Shown here piece by piece: positions 39,002 to 49,545 of a stretch of 64,000 bases of DNA. This DNA is from Bacteroidia bacterium (GTDB taxonomy: Bacteria > Bacteroidota > Bacteroidia > AKYH767-A > OLB10), in the NCBI GenBank assembly GCA_023262505.1, contig JALRAP010000003.1, forward strand, positions 3,420 through 67,419. Direction: 5' to 3'. The notes under the pieces were generated by a model. That model saw only the letters and a list, made by a program, of their open reading frames with translations, did not search any database and was not told the DNA's origin. The translations under genes were made by a program, and so were the position numbers. Each line of letters opens with the position of its first letter. Position 1 is the stretch's first letter.

Positions 39002-40549
39002 ATGTTCCGCCAGGCTTACTTCAAATTCCTACTCCCCCTCATCTTGGTGATACCATTGGTGGCATGGGCGTTCCTTGGCGTAAATCCATCCCAGCCTTTT
39101 TCTGATAAGCAGATTATCAAGGTTTCAAAGGCATTAGTTCTTAAGACCTTCCCGAAATCATTTTTCGGGTTCAATGCACAGCAGATCAGGGGGCCTGTAT
39201 TGAGTGACAACAGTTTCATCCAAGCAGTTAAAGGACTTAATCCCGCGGTGCTTCGTTATCCTGGAGGTACCGTAGCAAGTTATTGGGATTGGAAATCCGG
39301 CTGGTTCAAAGACGAAATCCCTCTGAAGAAAGACTGGAGGGAGATCCGTAAAAACCCCATTCGATTGGAGGATCTGAAGGCGGCTTGTGACTCTACGGGA
39401 GCAGCACCTTTGCTGGTTTTGAATATGTGCACAAGCACACTGGAATACCAGTTAGACATGTTGCGGCATGCCAGGAAAATCGGGATGAAAGTCAATTATG
39501 TAGAACTCGACAACGAGCTATATATTTCTGAAAGCATTTACACGGATCGCTTCGGTTCTGGAGAAGATTATGCCAACGAGTGTAACAAGTGGATAGCAGC
39601 CATCAAGAAGGAATTTCCCAATATGCGAATTGCAGTGGTAGGTTACTCCGCCAAAGACAGTGATTTTCGTAAAAACAAGAATGATGTAACTCGAGCGGTG
39701 AACTGGAACCGTGAGGTGTTAGGAGCCATCCGTGGGGCGGATGCGATGACCTTCCACACTTATGGTGGCAATGCGCTGAATTATTTACGCGGCCCGGGTG
39801 ATATATCAGGGGATGAAGATAAGGAGCCTTTGGAATATCAAGCCATATTCGACCGTGGTACCTCTCCACCTTTGGCTTTGGGCATCCCATTCAGCAGATG
39901 GGAAAACGCCAAGGCCTATGATTTGCAAATATTACCCTCGGGTATGAAAGCATGGGTCACCGAGTATAACCTTTTCGAACGCGAAGGCGTAATGGCTGGA
40001 ACGTGGCTGCATGGCTTGTATGCCGTAACGCAAACGCTATTGATGCTCGAAAGTGATCTTGTGGAACTGTCCTGCTATCACAACTTGTCATCATCAGCCC
40101 AGTTTGGGGCTATATTCAATTCCGATCAAGGATTCATCAAAGCGGTAAGACAAAAGCCTACCACTGAACTTGGTCTCTCTGCCGCAGGATATACATTATC
40201 GATGGCTGGAAAAGCGTTCAAGGATGCCACTAACTATTCTCAGCTTCATTTTGATGGAGTAGAATCCATAAAGGGTGCAAGAGGGCATGCATATCCAGCT
40301 TTGATCGGCGTTTCCTGTAAAGGCTCCAAAGGCGAGAGGTTGTTGGTAGTTAACCTATCTAACAAGTCCGTCCGAATGGACGTATCCGCTGTTTTACCAA
40401 TGGGAGGAAGTTGGAGTCAGATGATTTCCAAGCCGGCCACCCAAGTGGCTTCATCTGCCGATGTTGAAAAAAGTAAAACCAAATCTGCGACAGCGAGTGA
40501 CTTGCCACCCTACTCCATCACACTGATAAGCTCGGGTGTTGAACCGTAG
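39002..40549 (+). CDS. membrane-anchored clan GH-A-like glycoside hydrolase (tentative)
   Basis: N-terminal TM anchor. ELDNELY is a candidate acid/base NE and WVTEYNLFE a candidate nucleophile. ATG 39002 or listed ATG 38951 are both possible starts. Confidence 0.45.
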   Translation: MFRQAYFKFLLPLILVIPLVAWAFLGVNPSQPFSDKQIIKVSKALVLKTFPKSFFGFNAQQIRGPVLSDNSFIQAVKGLNPAVLRYPGGTVASYWDWKSGWFKDEIPLKKDWREIRKNPIRLEDLKAACDSTGAAPLLVLNMCTSTLEYQLDMLRHARKIGMKVNYVELDNELYISESIYTDRFGSGEDYANECNKWIAAIKKEFPNMRIAVVGYSAKDSDFRKNKNDVTRAVNWNREVLGAIRGADAMTFHTYGGNALNYLRGPGDISGDEDKEPLEYQAIFDRGTSPPLALGIPFSRWENAKAYDLQILPSGMKAWVTEYNLFEREGVMAGTWLHGLYAVTQTLLMLESDLVELSCYHNLSSSAQFGAIFNSDQGFIKAVRQKPTTELGLSAAGYTLSMAGKAFKDATNYSQLHFDGVESIKGARGHAYPALIGVSCKGSKGERLLVVNLSNKSVRMDVSAVLPMGGSWSQMISKPATQVASSADVEKSKTKSATASDLPPYSITLISSGVEP

Positions 40550-41529
40550 CCAAGGCGGTGAGAAACCTTTTTGATGGCTTCCGCTAAAACCGGATGAACC
40601 TTGGGGTGGTGGTGTATGTTCTGCTTTTTGATGGTTTGACGGCCATATGCCAACATCTTCTCATCTGTAGGTAGGCCTGCGAAATCACAAATACGCTGCA
40701 GTTCGCGATTGCTGTTTTCACAGAGATCCTCGTAACGAATACGGAGTACGCAGTCCGGGTATTTCAATATTTGTTTCAGCCCGTGGTTCATGGAAACAAT
40801 CCATTCAACAGCTGCCTTATCGCTCTCGGATGTGAGTCCACGTACTGTTTCCACATGATTGGATAAGTCCTCATCTTGAGGCACCACCTGTTCCACGAGC
40901 AGTTTCCATTTCCTGCCTTCAACTCCCCACCAATCCTCCTTAGATGCCTCGATACGATGCTTAACTGTCCAGTTGGTTGTGGATGCGATGGTGTCAGCTG
41001 CATTACGACTTAGGAAAATGAACCGGGGTTTTGCAAACATCTCGCACAAGTAATCTGTGCGAAACAACATCTCAGGATATTTGTCAACTATTTTACGTGT
41101 GCCCGTGAATTTGAGTGATCGAGAATAAACCCCCTTAACATCTTTTGCGCAACCGTTAACCAGGTCCTTCCCGTACATAATGTATCGACCTTCTTTACTT
41201 GCATAACTACCGATGATGTCATCTGCAGGATTGGCCAAATACCACATGGCTTTGGCTTCATTCAAGAACAACACATCTTTATGCGCAGACAATACCATTC
41301 CTAAAATGGTAGAGCCACTTCTTCCGGTGCCTGTGATAAACAGTGGTGATTCCGATTCGGCTATGGTTTTGGACTTAGATGCAGTTCGTAGAAAGGCGAA
41401 TGTAACAGGATTGAACCAGCGACCTTTGGTAGTGGCAGGTCGTCCTTCGATGAAAAAATAAGAATATAGCCTGGATAGTATTTTCTTGGGGAAGGATTTG
41501 GCGTATTCACGGTTGAGCTGTGCAATCAT
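40510..41529 (-). CDS. PAPS-dependent sulfotransferase
   Basis: 5'-PSB loop GTGRSGSTIL and sulfotransferase-fold length (339 aa). Confidence 0.75.
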   Translation of the reverse strand: MIAQLNREYAKSFPKKILSRLYSYFFIEGRPATTKGRWFNPVTFAFLRTASKSKTIAESESPLFITGTGRSGSTILGMVLSAHKDVLFLNEAKAMWYLANPADDIIGSYASKEGRYIMYGKDLVNGCAKDVKGVYSRSLKFTGTRKIVDKYPEMLFRTDYLCEMFAKPRFIFLSRNAADTIASTTNWTVKHRIEASKEDWWGVEGRKWKLLVEQVVPQDEDLSNHVETVRGLTSESDKAAVEWIVSMNHGLKQILKYPDCVLRIRYEDLCENSNRELQRICDFAGLPTDEKMLAYGRQTIKKQNIHHHPKVHPVLAEAIKKVSHRLGYGSTPELISVME

Positions 41530-41581
41530 ATCTGAAAATTAGCAGCCTTTCGGCATAATTTACGGATAAAAATACGGATTG

Positions 41582-42826
41582 TCAAGATTGGACACCCATG
41601 GCATCCTTGTAAATTGCCAACAACCTGTTGTAGAAAGCGCTATCCGTAAATAGTTTATCCGCATACTCCTTGGCATTTCGCCCCATTTGCATGGCTTGGG
41701 TGGGGTTTAACCAGAGGTTGCGGATGCATGAGGCGAGTTTTTCAGGGTCGTTTGATGGATAAACATGGCCAGTGACTCCTTCATCAATATACTCGGGAAT
41801 TCCTCCCTTGTCGGAACCCACCACGGCTTTGCCGCGTGCAAAAGCTTCCATCATCACGTATGGGAAGTTCTCATGCCATATGCTAGGCACCACCACAAAT
41901 CTACATCCACTGAACAGCTTTTCAAGCTCTGCTCCGGATTTCGAACCTACGAACTCCACATTTTTGATTTGCTCCGCAGCAGCCAGCGACTCCAATGAGG
42001 GACGGAAACCACCATCACCAGCAATAACCAATCTGGCCTCTGGAACTTGCTTCATCGCATGCAGCAAAATATCGACACCCTTTTCATCCGATAGCCTTCC
42101 GAGATACAATAGGTATCCTTCATCGAGATACGAAGCACTCCATCTTGAAGCATTGAAAGGCTTACCAAGGAATTTCAAGCGGGCTTTGCCTGATCCCCAG
42201 AACTCTTCCGTTTTTTTCAACATGAAATTGCTCTCGAACAAAAACGTGTGTACGTTGCCTTTCCAAATGTTCTTGCGATCATGAACATAGGCCTCCACGG
42301 CGCTAATAGCACTAACGGCTAATGAATGTTTGCAACAGTTGTTCAAAATGGCATTGTAGAACTTACCGCCTTTACAATCCTCACAAATCTTGCCATGGTG
42401 GAATAGCCGATAATTTGGACAAATATGTTTGTAATCATTGCAAGACATCACCACAGGAATGCCTTCCTCACGACAAGTATCCAATATGCTGGGTGTGATT
42501 GTCACATATATGGCGAATACGTGAACCACATCAGGCTTTACCTTGCGAAGCAGTTGCCGGAACTCCTCTTTGTTTTCCTTTGAATAAATGATTTTCGGAA
42601 TGTTTCCGATGCGTTTTAATAAACCGCCTTGCAGGTAGTCGAATGATTTTCCGAAATGGGTCTTTTCATCGGCTTGGAAAACATCCATCGCGCCTTCGGC
42701 TTCAAAAGCCGTAGTGTATATATGCACCTCGTGACCTTGGTCGCGTAGGATCCGGGCGGTGTCCTGAAAATACACTTCAGCCCCGCCGACTTTCTTCCAG
42801 AACTTATGAACCAGTAGTATTTTCAC
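41582..42826 (-). CDS. glycosyltransferase family 4
   Basis: MKILLVHKFW N-terminus and C-terminal NFPYVMMEAFARGKAVVGS (EX7E-type). Confidence 0.85.
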   Translation of the reverse strand: MKILLVHKFWKKVGGAEVYFQDTARILRDQGHEVHIYTTAFEAEGAMDVFQADEKTHFGKSFDYLQGGLLKRIGNIPKIIYSKENKEEFRQLLRKVKPDVVHVFAIYVTITPSILDTCREEGIPVVMSCNDYKHICPNYRLFHHGKICEDCKGGKFYNAILNNCCKHSLAVSAISAVEAYVHDRKNIWKGNVHTFLFESNFMLKKTEEFWGSGKARLKFLGKPFNASRWSASYLDEGYLLYLGRLSDEKGVDILLHAMKQVPEARLVIAGDGGFRPSLESLAAAEQIKNVEFVGSKSGAELEKLFSGCRFVVVPSIWHENFPYVMMEAFARGKAVVGSDKGGIPEYIDEGVTGHVYPSNDPEKLASCIRNLWLNPTQAMQMGRNAKEYADKLFTDSAFYNRLLAIYKDAMGVQS

Positions 42827-44234
42827 TTGTGAGGGGTAGTCCTTGTTTTTCCAATGCTTTCAGTCTGCGCCATTCGGCAAATACCAAACCCGCAATCAGC
42901 CAAAAGTAGAAACCCCAGGCTCTGAAAACAAATGTCCGAAGGATGAACGAGTAGGGTATGGCGAGTATGACAATGGCTACAAAGGCCAACGCGAATATCC
43001 TTAGATAGGGGTCGGGTGTGTTGCGGTAAACAAACAAGGAGCCTTTGAACAGTTTGAACAAGATGAACCAAAAGATGGCCAATCCGATGATACCATAATA
43101 AATGATGAACGCAACCCAATACACATCATTGATGATGGGCAGGTTGTTGATGGGCATGTTCGATCCGAAAAGTTTTGTTGCAGCCTTTTCCAAAGCAAAC
43201 TCCTGTGCCGGACTGTATCCTAAAAGCTTGAACGATGATACCAGTTCTCCACCAATCTCTGTAAGGATGGCGCCTCTAGAGAATTGCATGGTGTTCTCCA
43301 CATAGCTGCTGGTGAAAACCGCGAAAATATTGGAGATGGGGTCGGTATATTTGATCTTGGGGTTGATGTAGCCAGGGCTCTTGTTCGAATCGCCAACGAC
43401 ACCAAACAGAATTATCGGCGATAGAGCGATTACCCCTACTGTAAGGTATATCAACAATTTTTTTCGTCCGCCCGAAAAAAACATGATGAGTGGTATGGCA
43501 GCCAAAGCCAATAATACGGATCCTCTGGAATAAGTGAAGAATAGTGATGCGAGAGAAAGCCCTGTTAATGCAAAAACCATCCAACGCTGTTGCTTGCTTT
43601 CCAAATTGCCTTTTTGCAAGGCGGCAATCAAAACAGCAAAGGCTATAACCAAAAACAAAGCTAGAAAAACCGAATCGCCGAATGTGCCGATTCCAACTCC
43701 CATTTCGCGTCCGCCACCGAAGGATGTATTCAATAACTTGAAGGAAAACTGCTTGCCACCGATTTCCAATTCGGAGGCACGCGGGAACCAAATTTGATTC
43801 AGTCCAACATAGTGCTGCCAACCGGTTATCAGTGTTTGAATACCTATGATGGCGAGCAATCCACGAAATATAGTCCTAGGAAAATGCTCACTAGTTTGGA
43901 TGAAACATAGTACATAAAATAAGGGCACGTATCTAAGCAGCACCCTGAGTCCGATGAACGATTGCAACATCGGTGCCTGGTTAATAACGGTAATCACCAA
44001 CGAGTAGGCGATGAATATCCACAGGGGTTTGTCGAGCGGCGTGCCTGAAGGAAGCTTGCGAGATGCCAGGAAACGGAACAATACCAAACCCGCCAGCAGG
44101 TATATGAAGACCTCAACGCCGAAAAGCATCAGTCCATATATCCGGTCAGAAACAGGCAGGTATTTCAATACGATTACCTCGAAAGGAACGAACAGGAAAA
44201 GGAAGTATATGGCCCAGGTCAGACGGAACTTCAT
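42804..44234 (-). CDS. O-antigen polymerase/ligase-like (Wzy_C) membrane protein
   Basis: 476 aa with at least 10 TM segments and a YSRGSVLLAL loop motif. Confidence 0.6.
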   Translation of the reverse strand: MKFRLTWAIYFLFLFVPFEVIVLKYLPVSDRIYGLMLFGVEVFIYLLAGLVLFRFLASRKLPSGTPLDKPLWIFIAYSLVITVINQAPMLQSFIGLRVLLRYVPLFYVLCFIQTSEHFPRTIFRGLLAIIGIQTLITGWQHYVGLNQIWFPRASELEIGGKQFSFKLLNTSFGGGREMGVGIGTFGDSVFLALFLVIAFAVLIAALQKGNLESKQQRWMVFALTGLSLASLFFTYSRGSVLLALAAIPLIMFFSGGRKKLLIYLTVGVIALSPIILFGVVGDSNKSPGYINPKIKYTDPISNIFAVFTSSYVENTMQFSRGAILTEIGGELVSSFKLLGYSPAQEFALEKAATKLFGSNMPINNLPIINDVYWVAFIIYYGIIGLAIFWFILFKLFKGSLFVYRNTPDPYLRIFALAFVAIVILAIPYSFILRTFVFRAWGFYFWLIAGLVFAEWRRLKALEKQGLPLTSENTTGS

Positions 44235-44238
44235 TGTT

Positions 44239-45141
44239 TTATGTCCAAGGTGGCGTAAGCCCTGTTAGCGATTTTATTTTACCGGCTTCCGCTGCGTAAT
44301 AATCATTAATGAAAGAAAGTGTTTGATTATTCACTTCATTTTGTTTTTTGCCGACTGTATTGGACCCGGCAAGCATGCTTTCGAGCTCGTGCGATGCTAA
44401 TTTAAGTTTTTTGCGTATTCCTTTCGGAAGGCGCTGTTTCAGGGGCTTGATGAATCTTTTGAATTTTCGGAAAACGCGTGCGGGAAAGGAAGCCTTTGAT
44501 TCGGAAGATTTGTTGAACACCTTGAATTCATAGCCTGAAAAATATTGAGGATCCAGTCGGGCGAATTGTGCAACTAGCTTGCAAAGGCCTTCCGGATCGC
44601 GCACAAGGTCTTCATAAAAACAAACCAGTATACGGTCTTTCCCCAGCAACTTATAGGCGTCTTCAAGATAGGTGGAGTAACGGCCTTGCTCAAGTGAACG
44701 AAGATGTTGGGGCGGATCCGACTGGTTCTGCTGAATCGTCACAAAGCCTTCCAACGACATATGCTCGTCAATCAAGCCAAGTTGCCGCGCATATTTGTAC
44801 CACGATTCCAATCTGCCTTGTGGCCGGCGTAGTATGAACACCATTTTTGCGTTTGGCAGTTCTTCGGCAATCCTTTTCAATGCATGATGCGAGTACAGGT
44901 AATCCGGGGTCGCTTCCAAATGTGTTTTACCAGGTGTGCTGTTTGGGAACAGCTCATTGAATTCGTGGATGGCTGAATGGTCGCGTTTTTGGGCAACCAA
45001 CTTGTAACCGGCTTCCAGGAAATACCTCGACTCTTTCATAGAACATGCGCAGACTTCAGGATGGAATTCAAAATAATTGAATAGCGAAGTGGTGCCGCAT
45101 TTGGTGCTGCCGCCGATAATCAGGTAGTGGTTACGGTCCAT
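44239..45141 (-). CDS. PAPS-dependent sulfotransferase
   Basis: 5'-PSB loop GGSTKCGTTSL and FILRRPQGRLES 3'-PB-like segment. Confidence 0.8.
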   Translation of the reverse strand: MDRNHYLIIGGSTKCGTTSLFNYFEFHPEVCACSMKESRYFLEAGYKLVAQKRDHSAIHEFNELFPNSTPGKTHLEATPDYLYSHHALKRIAEELPNAKMVFILRRPQGRLESWYKYARQLGLIDEHMSLEGFVTIQQNQSDPPQHLRSLEQGRYSTYLEDAYKLLGKDRILVCFYEDLVRDPEGLCKLVAQFARLDPQYFSGYEFKVFNKSSESKASFPARVFRKFKRFIKPLKQRLPKGIRKKLKLASHELESMLAGSNTVGKKQNEVNNQTLSFINDYYAAEAGKIKSLTGLTPPWT

Positions 45142-46467
45142 TCAGGAAATAAAGGGCAGATAAAATGAATTTAGACCAAGTTTAATGCGAATATATATAA
45201 CGCACGCAATGTTGTAGGTAACGATGAAGAGCGAAGACGCCAAGGCCGAGCCCATGATGCCGTATTGTGGAATCAATATGAAGCATAAAACGATATTGAT
45301 GGCGGTTGTAACAATCATGATGTTGCGGAAAGCGTTCTGATGGCCGGTCATGTTGAGTAGGTTACCGGTCGGACCGGTCAGCGCACCAATCAACCTGCCA
45401 ACTGTAGAAACCATCATAGCCTGAGAGCCCATTAGAAAAGCAGGACCAAACAGCAGCAGCAACCAATCATTGCAGATGAACATGAAGGCGAACACGGGCA
45501 GAGATGCCCAGAAAATTATTTTCGAAGCGAGCCTCACATGTTTTTTCAATCCATCCAAATCATTGGCATGGTGTAGCTGAGCGAAGCGCGGAGTGGTGAA
45601 TCCATTAACAGATAAGATAATGAAGTTGCCGAAGTTGGTTATTTTCAAAATCACAGCAAAAACACCTAACTCCTCCTCGCCTCGGTATGCGCCCAATATG
45701 AGCGTGTTGATCCATCCTGAAATAAGCAGAAGCGACCCTGCCATCATCATAGGCGATGAGGTTCGAATCCATTCAGCATAGCCGATTTCGCTCGATGGCG
45801 AATCTGAATTGTTCTTGATTTTTCGCATTACCATCCACGTACTGCTAATTGCAAGAACAGCTAAACTAACTACGAAAGCAATATTGGGTAAAAGTTCATT
45901 TTCGGAAACAAGTGAAAGCGCACCTAGTATGACCGTGGCATAAATGAAGTATCCCACATTTTGACTGTATGCGTATTCTTTGTTCATTCCGAAACCCCTA
46001 TAGCATTCGGAATTGATGAAGCGCAACACCATTGGCAAAACAGCGAATGAAATCAGCTGCAGATAGGGTTCAACATGAGGTTTCTTGAAAACCACAGTGG
46101 CAATCAACCCCGATGAAAAATACAGTATAGCCGTTAAAGCAAGTCCTACCCAGATGGAGATTCGGAGGGTTTTGCTGTAAACTTCATGAATGCGATCCCA
46201 TCGTCCATTCATGCGGTCGGCTGAAAAGGTTTTCACGATATGGGTATCCATGCCCAACCTGCCCAACACAGTGAAAAGCATCAACACGGTTGTAGAAAGC
46301 GTGTGGGCCCCCAAAACACTTGCGCCGAAAAGCCGGCTTACCAACAGAGTGAAGGCATAGCCTGCAATCAATCCGAGAACACGTAGAATGAAATTGGAGG
46401 CGCTGCCACGGACTGTTTCTGCAGATGGATTATCGCCCGATAACTTTTTCCTTATGGATTGGATCAT
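45142..46467 (-). CDS. polysaccharide flippase (Wzx/MOP superfamily)
   Basis: 441 aa with about 12-14 TM segments. Directly abuts the sulfotransferase gene and overlaps cysQ by 4 nt. Confidence 0.75.
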   Translation of the reverse strand: MIQSIRKKLSGDNPSAETVRGSASNFILRVLGLIAGYAFTLLVSRLFGASVLGAHTLSTTVLMLFTVLGRLGMDTHIVKTFSADRMNGRWDRIHEVYSKTLRISIWVGLALTAILYFSSGLIATVVFKKPHVEPYLQLISFAVLPMVLRFINSECYRGFGMNKEYAYSQNVGYFIYATVILGALSLVSENELLPNIAFVVSLAVLAISSTWMVMRKIKNNSDSPSSEIGYAEWIRTSSPMMMAGSLLLISGWINTLILGAYRGEEELGVFAVILKITNFGNFIILSVNGFTTPRFAQLHHANDLDGLKKHVRLASKIIFWASLPVFAFMFICNDWLLLLFGPAFLMGSQAMMVSTVGRLIGALTGPTGNLLNMTGHQNAFRNIMIVTTAINIVLCFILIPQYGIMGSALASSLFIVTYNIACVIYIRIKLGLNSFYLPFIS

Positions 46468-47318
46468 CCTTCATAGAACCCTTTTCCGTATACAACGAAA
46501 TGCGGGTTTAGCAGTTGTTCTTTGTTGTATTGCAATGGTTGGCCAGTGGCATGTTCGATCACGCTGCAACCTGCCGCTGAGGCGATGGCATCTCCTGCAG
46601 CAATATCCCACTCCATCGTAGGCGCCATCCGTGGATAAACATCCGCTGCACCCTCTGCCACCAGACATAGTTTCAATGAACTGCCCTTGGAAATGACATC
46701 GATTTCCCCATGTATTTCTTTGAGTGAGTCTAAGAAAGACGAAGTATCTGAATTCAGATGAGAGCGGCTCGCTACGGCAGTAACCGTACTGCGGCTGGTA
46801 TGATATGGGAGCGCTTTTGCCGATGACAACAACGAATCGAAATCGTGCATCGCATTTTGAATCAAACTCAAATCTCCGATGCGATGGCTTCCCAGCTGTT
46901 GCCCGCCGAAATAGAGGGTGTTCGTACCAGGAACCAAAATTACGCCCATCGAAGGTCTGTTTCCTTCTATCAATGCGATATTGACGGTGAACTCACCGTT
47001 GCGGTTCAAAAACTCCTTGGTGCCATCCAACGGATCCACCAACCAGAACCTGTTCCAATTTCTGCGTTTCTCATAAACCATCTCGCTGTCTTCTTCACTG
47101 AGCATTGGAATCCGCGTAAGCGCAAGCATGGTTGAGATGATGTCGTGTGAGACCTTGTCGGCCTTGGTAAGCGGCGACAAATCGCTTTTTAGTACCGAGT
47201 CGAAATCGCCGCTTTCGTACACTTCCATAATCGCCTTGCCAGCTTCATAGGCTGCGGCAATAGCTGTTTTCATCAGCTGCACTTCATTCAGGTTATCCAC
47301 GGTTTTCGGGTGTGCCAT
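46464..47318 (-). CDS. cysQ: 3'(2'),5'-bisphosphate nucleotidase
   Basis: Inositol-monophosphatase-fold motifs SEED and WLVDPLDGTKEF. Confidence 0.85.
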   Translation of the reverse strand: MAHPKTVDNLNEVQLMKTAIAAAYEAGKAIMEVYESGDFDSVLKSDLSPLTKADKVSHDIISTMLALTRIPMLSEEDSEMVYEKRRNWNRFWLVDPLDGTKEFLNRNGEFTVNIALIEGNRPSMGVILVPGTNTLYFGGQQLGSHRIGDLSLIQNAMHDFDSLLSSAKALPYHTSRSTVTAVASRSHLNSDTSSFLDSLKEIHGEIDVISKGSSLKLCLVAEGAADVYPRMAPTMEWDIAAGDAIASAAGCSVIEHATGQPLQYNKEQLLNPHFVVYGKGFYEG

Positions 47319-47332
47319 AAGGGGTTTTTATA

Positions 47333-48619
47333 TCAAACAATCATGCCTGCGCCAACCGTTTCATTCGTGCCCTCGTCAATCAGTATCACGCTGCCCGTGA
47401 TGCGGTTTTTGCGATAGCTGTCGAAGAACAGTGGTGCGGTGGTTCGGATATGGATGCGGCCAATGTCATTCATGCCGATGGTTTTGTCAGACTCGTGACG
47501 GTGCAGCGTGTCGATGTCGATCTTGTATCGGATGTCTTTCACCACGCAGCGCACATCACGTGTGGTATGCTTGAGTGCGTACTTGCCTCCGATACTCAAG
47601 GCCTTTTCACTCATCCAACAAACCATGATATCCAAATCCTGCTCCGACTCCGGCATATTGTTTTCGCGTACGAGCATATCACCGCGTGACACATCTACAT
47701 CGGCATCCAGGGTCATGGTAACCGACATCGGCGCGAATGCCTCCTTTACGGTTTCATTAAGCGACAAATCCTTCAATGAATGGATTTCTTTGATTTTTGC
47801 AGTGAACCCGGATGGCAGCACCTTCACCGTGTCTCCCGGCCTGAAGACGCCTCCGGCGATGCGCCCCGCATATCCGCGGAAGTCGTGGTGCTCTTGTGAT
47901 TGCGGACGGATCACATATTGTACAGGAAAGCGGCAGTCAATGTGATTTTCGTCGCTACTGATATGAATGGTTTCCAAAAGGTACATCAAGGTGGCACCTT
48001 TGTACCACTTCATGTTGTTTGATTTTTCAACCACATTGTCGCCATTCAACGCGCTTATGGGAATGAATTGCACGTCTTTCACATCCAGCTTCAGCGAAAG
48101 CTTGCGGTATTCCTCAACGATGTTTTCAAAAACCTCCTGGCTGTAATCCACCAGGTCCATTTTGTTGATGCAAACGATGATGTGTGGGATTTGAAGCAGC
48201 GATGCGATGAATGAATGCCGGTTGGTTTGTTCCACGATGCCTTTGCGAGCATCCACCAATATAAGTGCGAGGTTGGCAGTGGAAGCCCCCGTAACCATGT
48301 TGCGGGTGTATTGGATGTGGCCGGGTGTGTCGGCAATGATGAACTTGCGCTTGGGTGTTGCGAAGTAGCGGTAGGCCACATCGATGGTGATGCCTTGTTC
48401 GCGCTCTGCACGCAAACCGTCGGTCAACAAGGCGAGGTCCACGTGTTCGAAACCTTTCATCTTGCTGGTACGCTCTACGGCTTCAAGTTGGTCGGCGAAA
48501 ATCGATTTGCTGTCGTACAGCAGCCTTCCTATGAGTGTGCTTTTCCCATCGTCAACACTGCCGGCAGTTGTGAACCGCAGCATCTCCATATTCAAGTAAC
48601 TGTTTCCTTTTTTCGACAC
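47333..48619 (-). CDS. cysN: sulfate adenylyltransferase subunit 1 (GTPase)
   Basis: G1 GSVDDGKST, G3 DTPGH, G4 NKMD. 428 aa with no fused kinase domain. Confidence 0.92.
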   Translation of the reverse strand: MSKKGNSYLNMEMLRFTTAGSVDDGKSTLIGRLLYDSKSIFADQLEAVERTSKMKGFEHVDLALLTDGLRAEREQGITIDVAYRYFATPKRKFIIADTPGHIQYTRNMVTGASTANLALILVDARKGIVEQTNRHSFIASLLQIPHIIVCINKMDLVDYSQEVFENIVEEYRKLSLKLDVKDVQFIPISALNGDNVVEKSNNMKWYKGATLMYLLETIHISSDENHIDCRFPVQYVIRPQSQEHHDFRGYAGRIAGGVFRPGDTVKVLPSGFTAKIKEIHSLKDLSLNETVKEAFAPMSVTMTLDADVDVSRGDMLVRENNMPESEQDLDIMVCWMSEKALSIGGKYALKHTTRDVRCVVKDIRYKIDIDTLHRHESDKTIGMNDIGRIHIRTTAPLFFDSYRKNRITGSVILIDEGTNETVGAGMIV

Positions 48620-48636
48620 GGCTTGTGTTTTGTTGA

Positions 48637-49545
48637 TCAGAAATATCCTTGCTTCTTACGGTCTTCCATCGCTGTTTCGGACCGCTTATCGTCGGAACGG
48701 GTACCTCTTTCGGTGACACGTGATGATGCTACTTCGCTGATGATTTCTGCCAAGGTGTTGGCATTCGACATTACAGCGCCGGTGCAGGTCATGTCTCCAA
48801 CGGTGCGGTAACGCACATGCATCATCTCCGGTTTTTCAGTCGGCTTAAGCGGAATGAAATCGGAGGTTGCGAGGATCACGCCATCGCGCACCACGCATTC
48901 GCGGTCGTGCGAGAAATAAATGGAAGGTATGCGCAAATTCTCTTGTGCAATGTACATCCATACATCCATCTCGGTCCAGTTGCTGAGTGGAAACACACGG
49001 AAATGTTCTCCCACGCGTTTCTTGCCGTTCAACAGGTTCCATAGTTCCGGACGCTGGTTTTTCGGATCCCATTGGCCGAAATCGTCGCGATGTGAAAAGA
49101 AGCGTTCTTTGGCGCGTGCTTTCTCTTCATCGCGGCGTGCTCCACCCAAGCAAGCATCAAACTTGTATTGTTCGATGGTATCGAGCAGTGTCACGGTTTG
49201 CAACATGTTGCGGCTGGCGTTGATGCCCTTCTCCTCTGTAACCCGACCAGCATCGATACTTTCTTGTACGGATCCGACTATTAGTTGGGCGCCCGCATCC
49301 TCCACTAGCCAGTCGCGAAACACAATCGTTTCGGGGAAGTTGTGTCCGGTGTCGATATGTACCAATGGAAACGGAATACGTGCAGGATAAAACGCCTTAC
49401 GCGCCAGATGTACCATTACAATGGAATCTTTGCCTCCTGAAAAAAGCAAGGCTGGTCTTTCGAACTGTGCCGCCGTTTCGCGGATCACATAAATGGCCTC
49501 TGACTCGAGGATGCGTAAGTGATTAAGGTTGTATTGAATCATCAA
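48637..49545 (-). CDS. cysD: sulfate adenylyltransferase subunit 2
   Basis: PP-loop FSGGKDS. 302 aa. Confidence 0.95.
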   Translation of the reverse strand: MMIQYNLNHLRILESEAIYVIRETAAQFERPALLFSGGKDSIVMVHLARKAFYPARIPFPLVHIDTGHNFPETIVFRDWLVEDAGAQLIVGSVQESIDAGRVTEEKGINASRNMLQTVTLLDTIEQYKFDACLGGARRDEEKARAKERFFSHRDDFGQWDPKNQRPELWNLLNGKKRVGEHFRVFPLSNWTEMDVWMYIAQENLRIPSIYFSHDRECVVRDGVILATSDFIPLKPTEKPEMMHVRYRTVGDMTCTGAVMSNANTLAEIISEVASSRVTERGTRSDDKRSETAMEDRKKQGYF

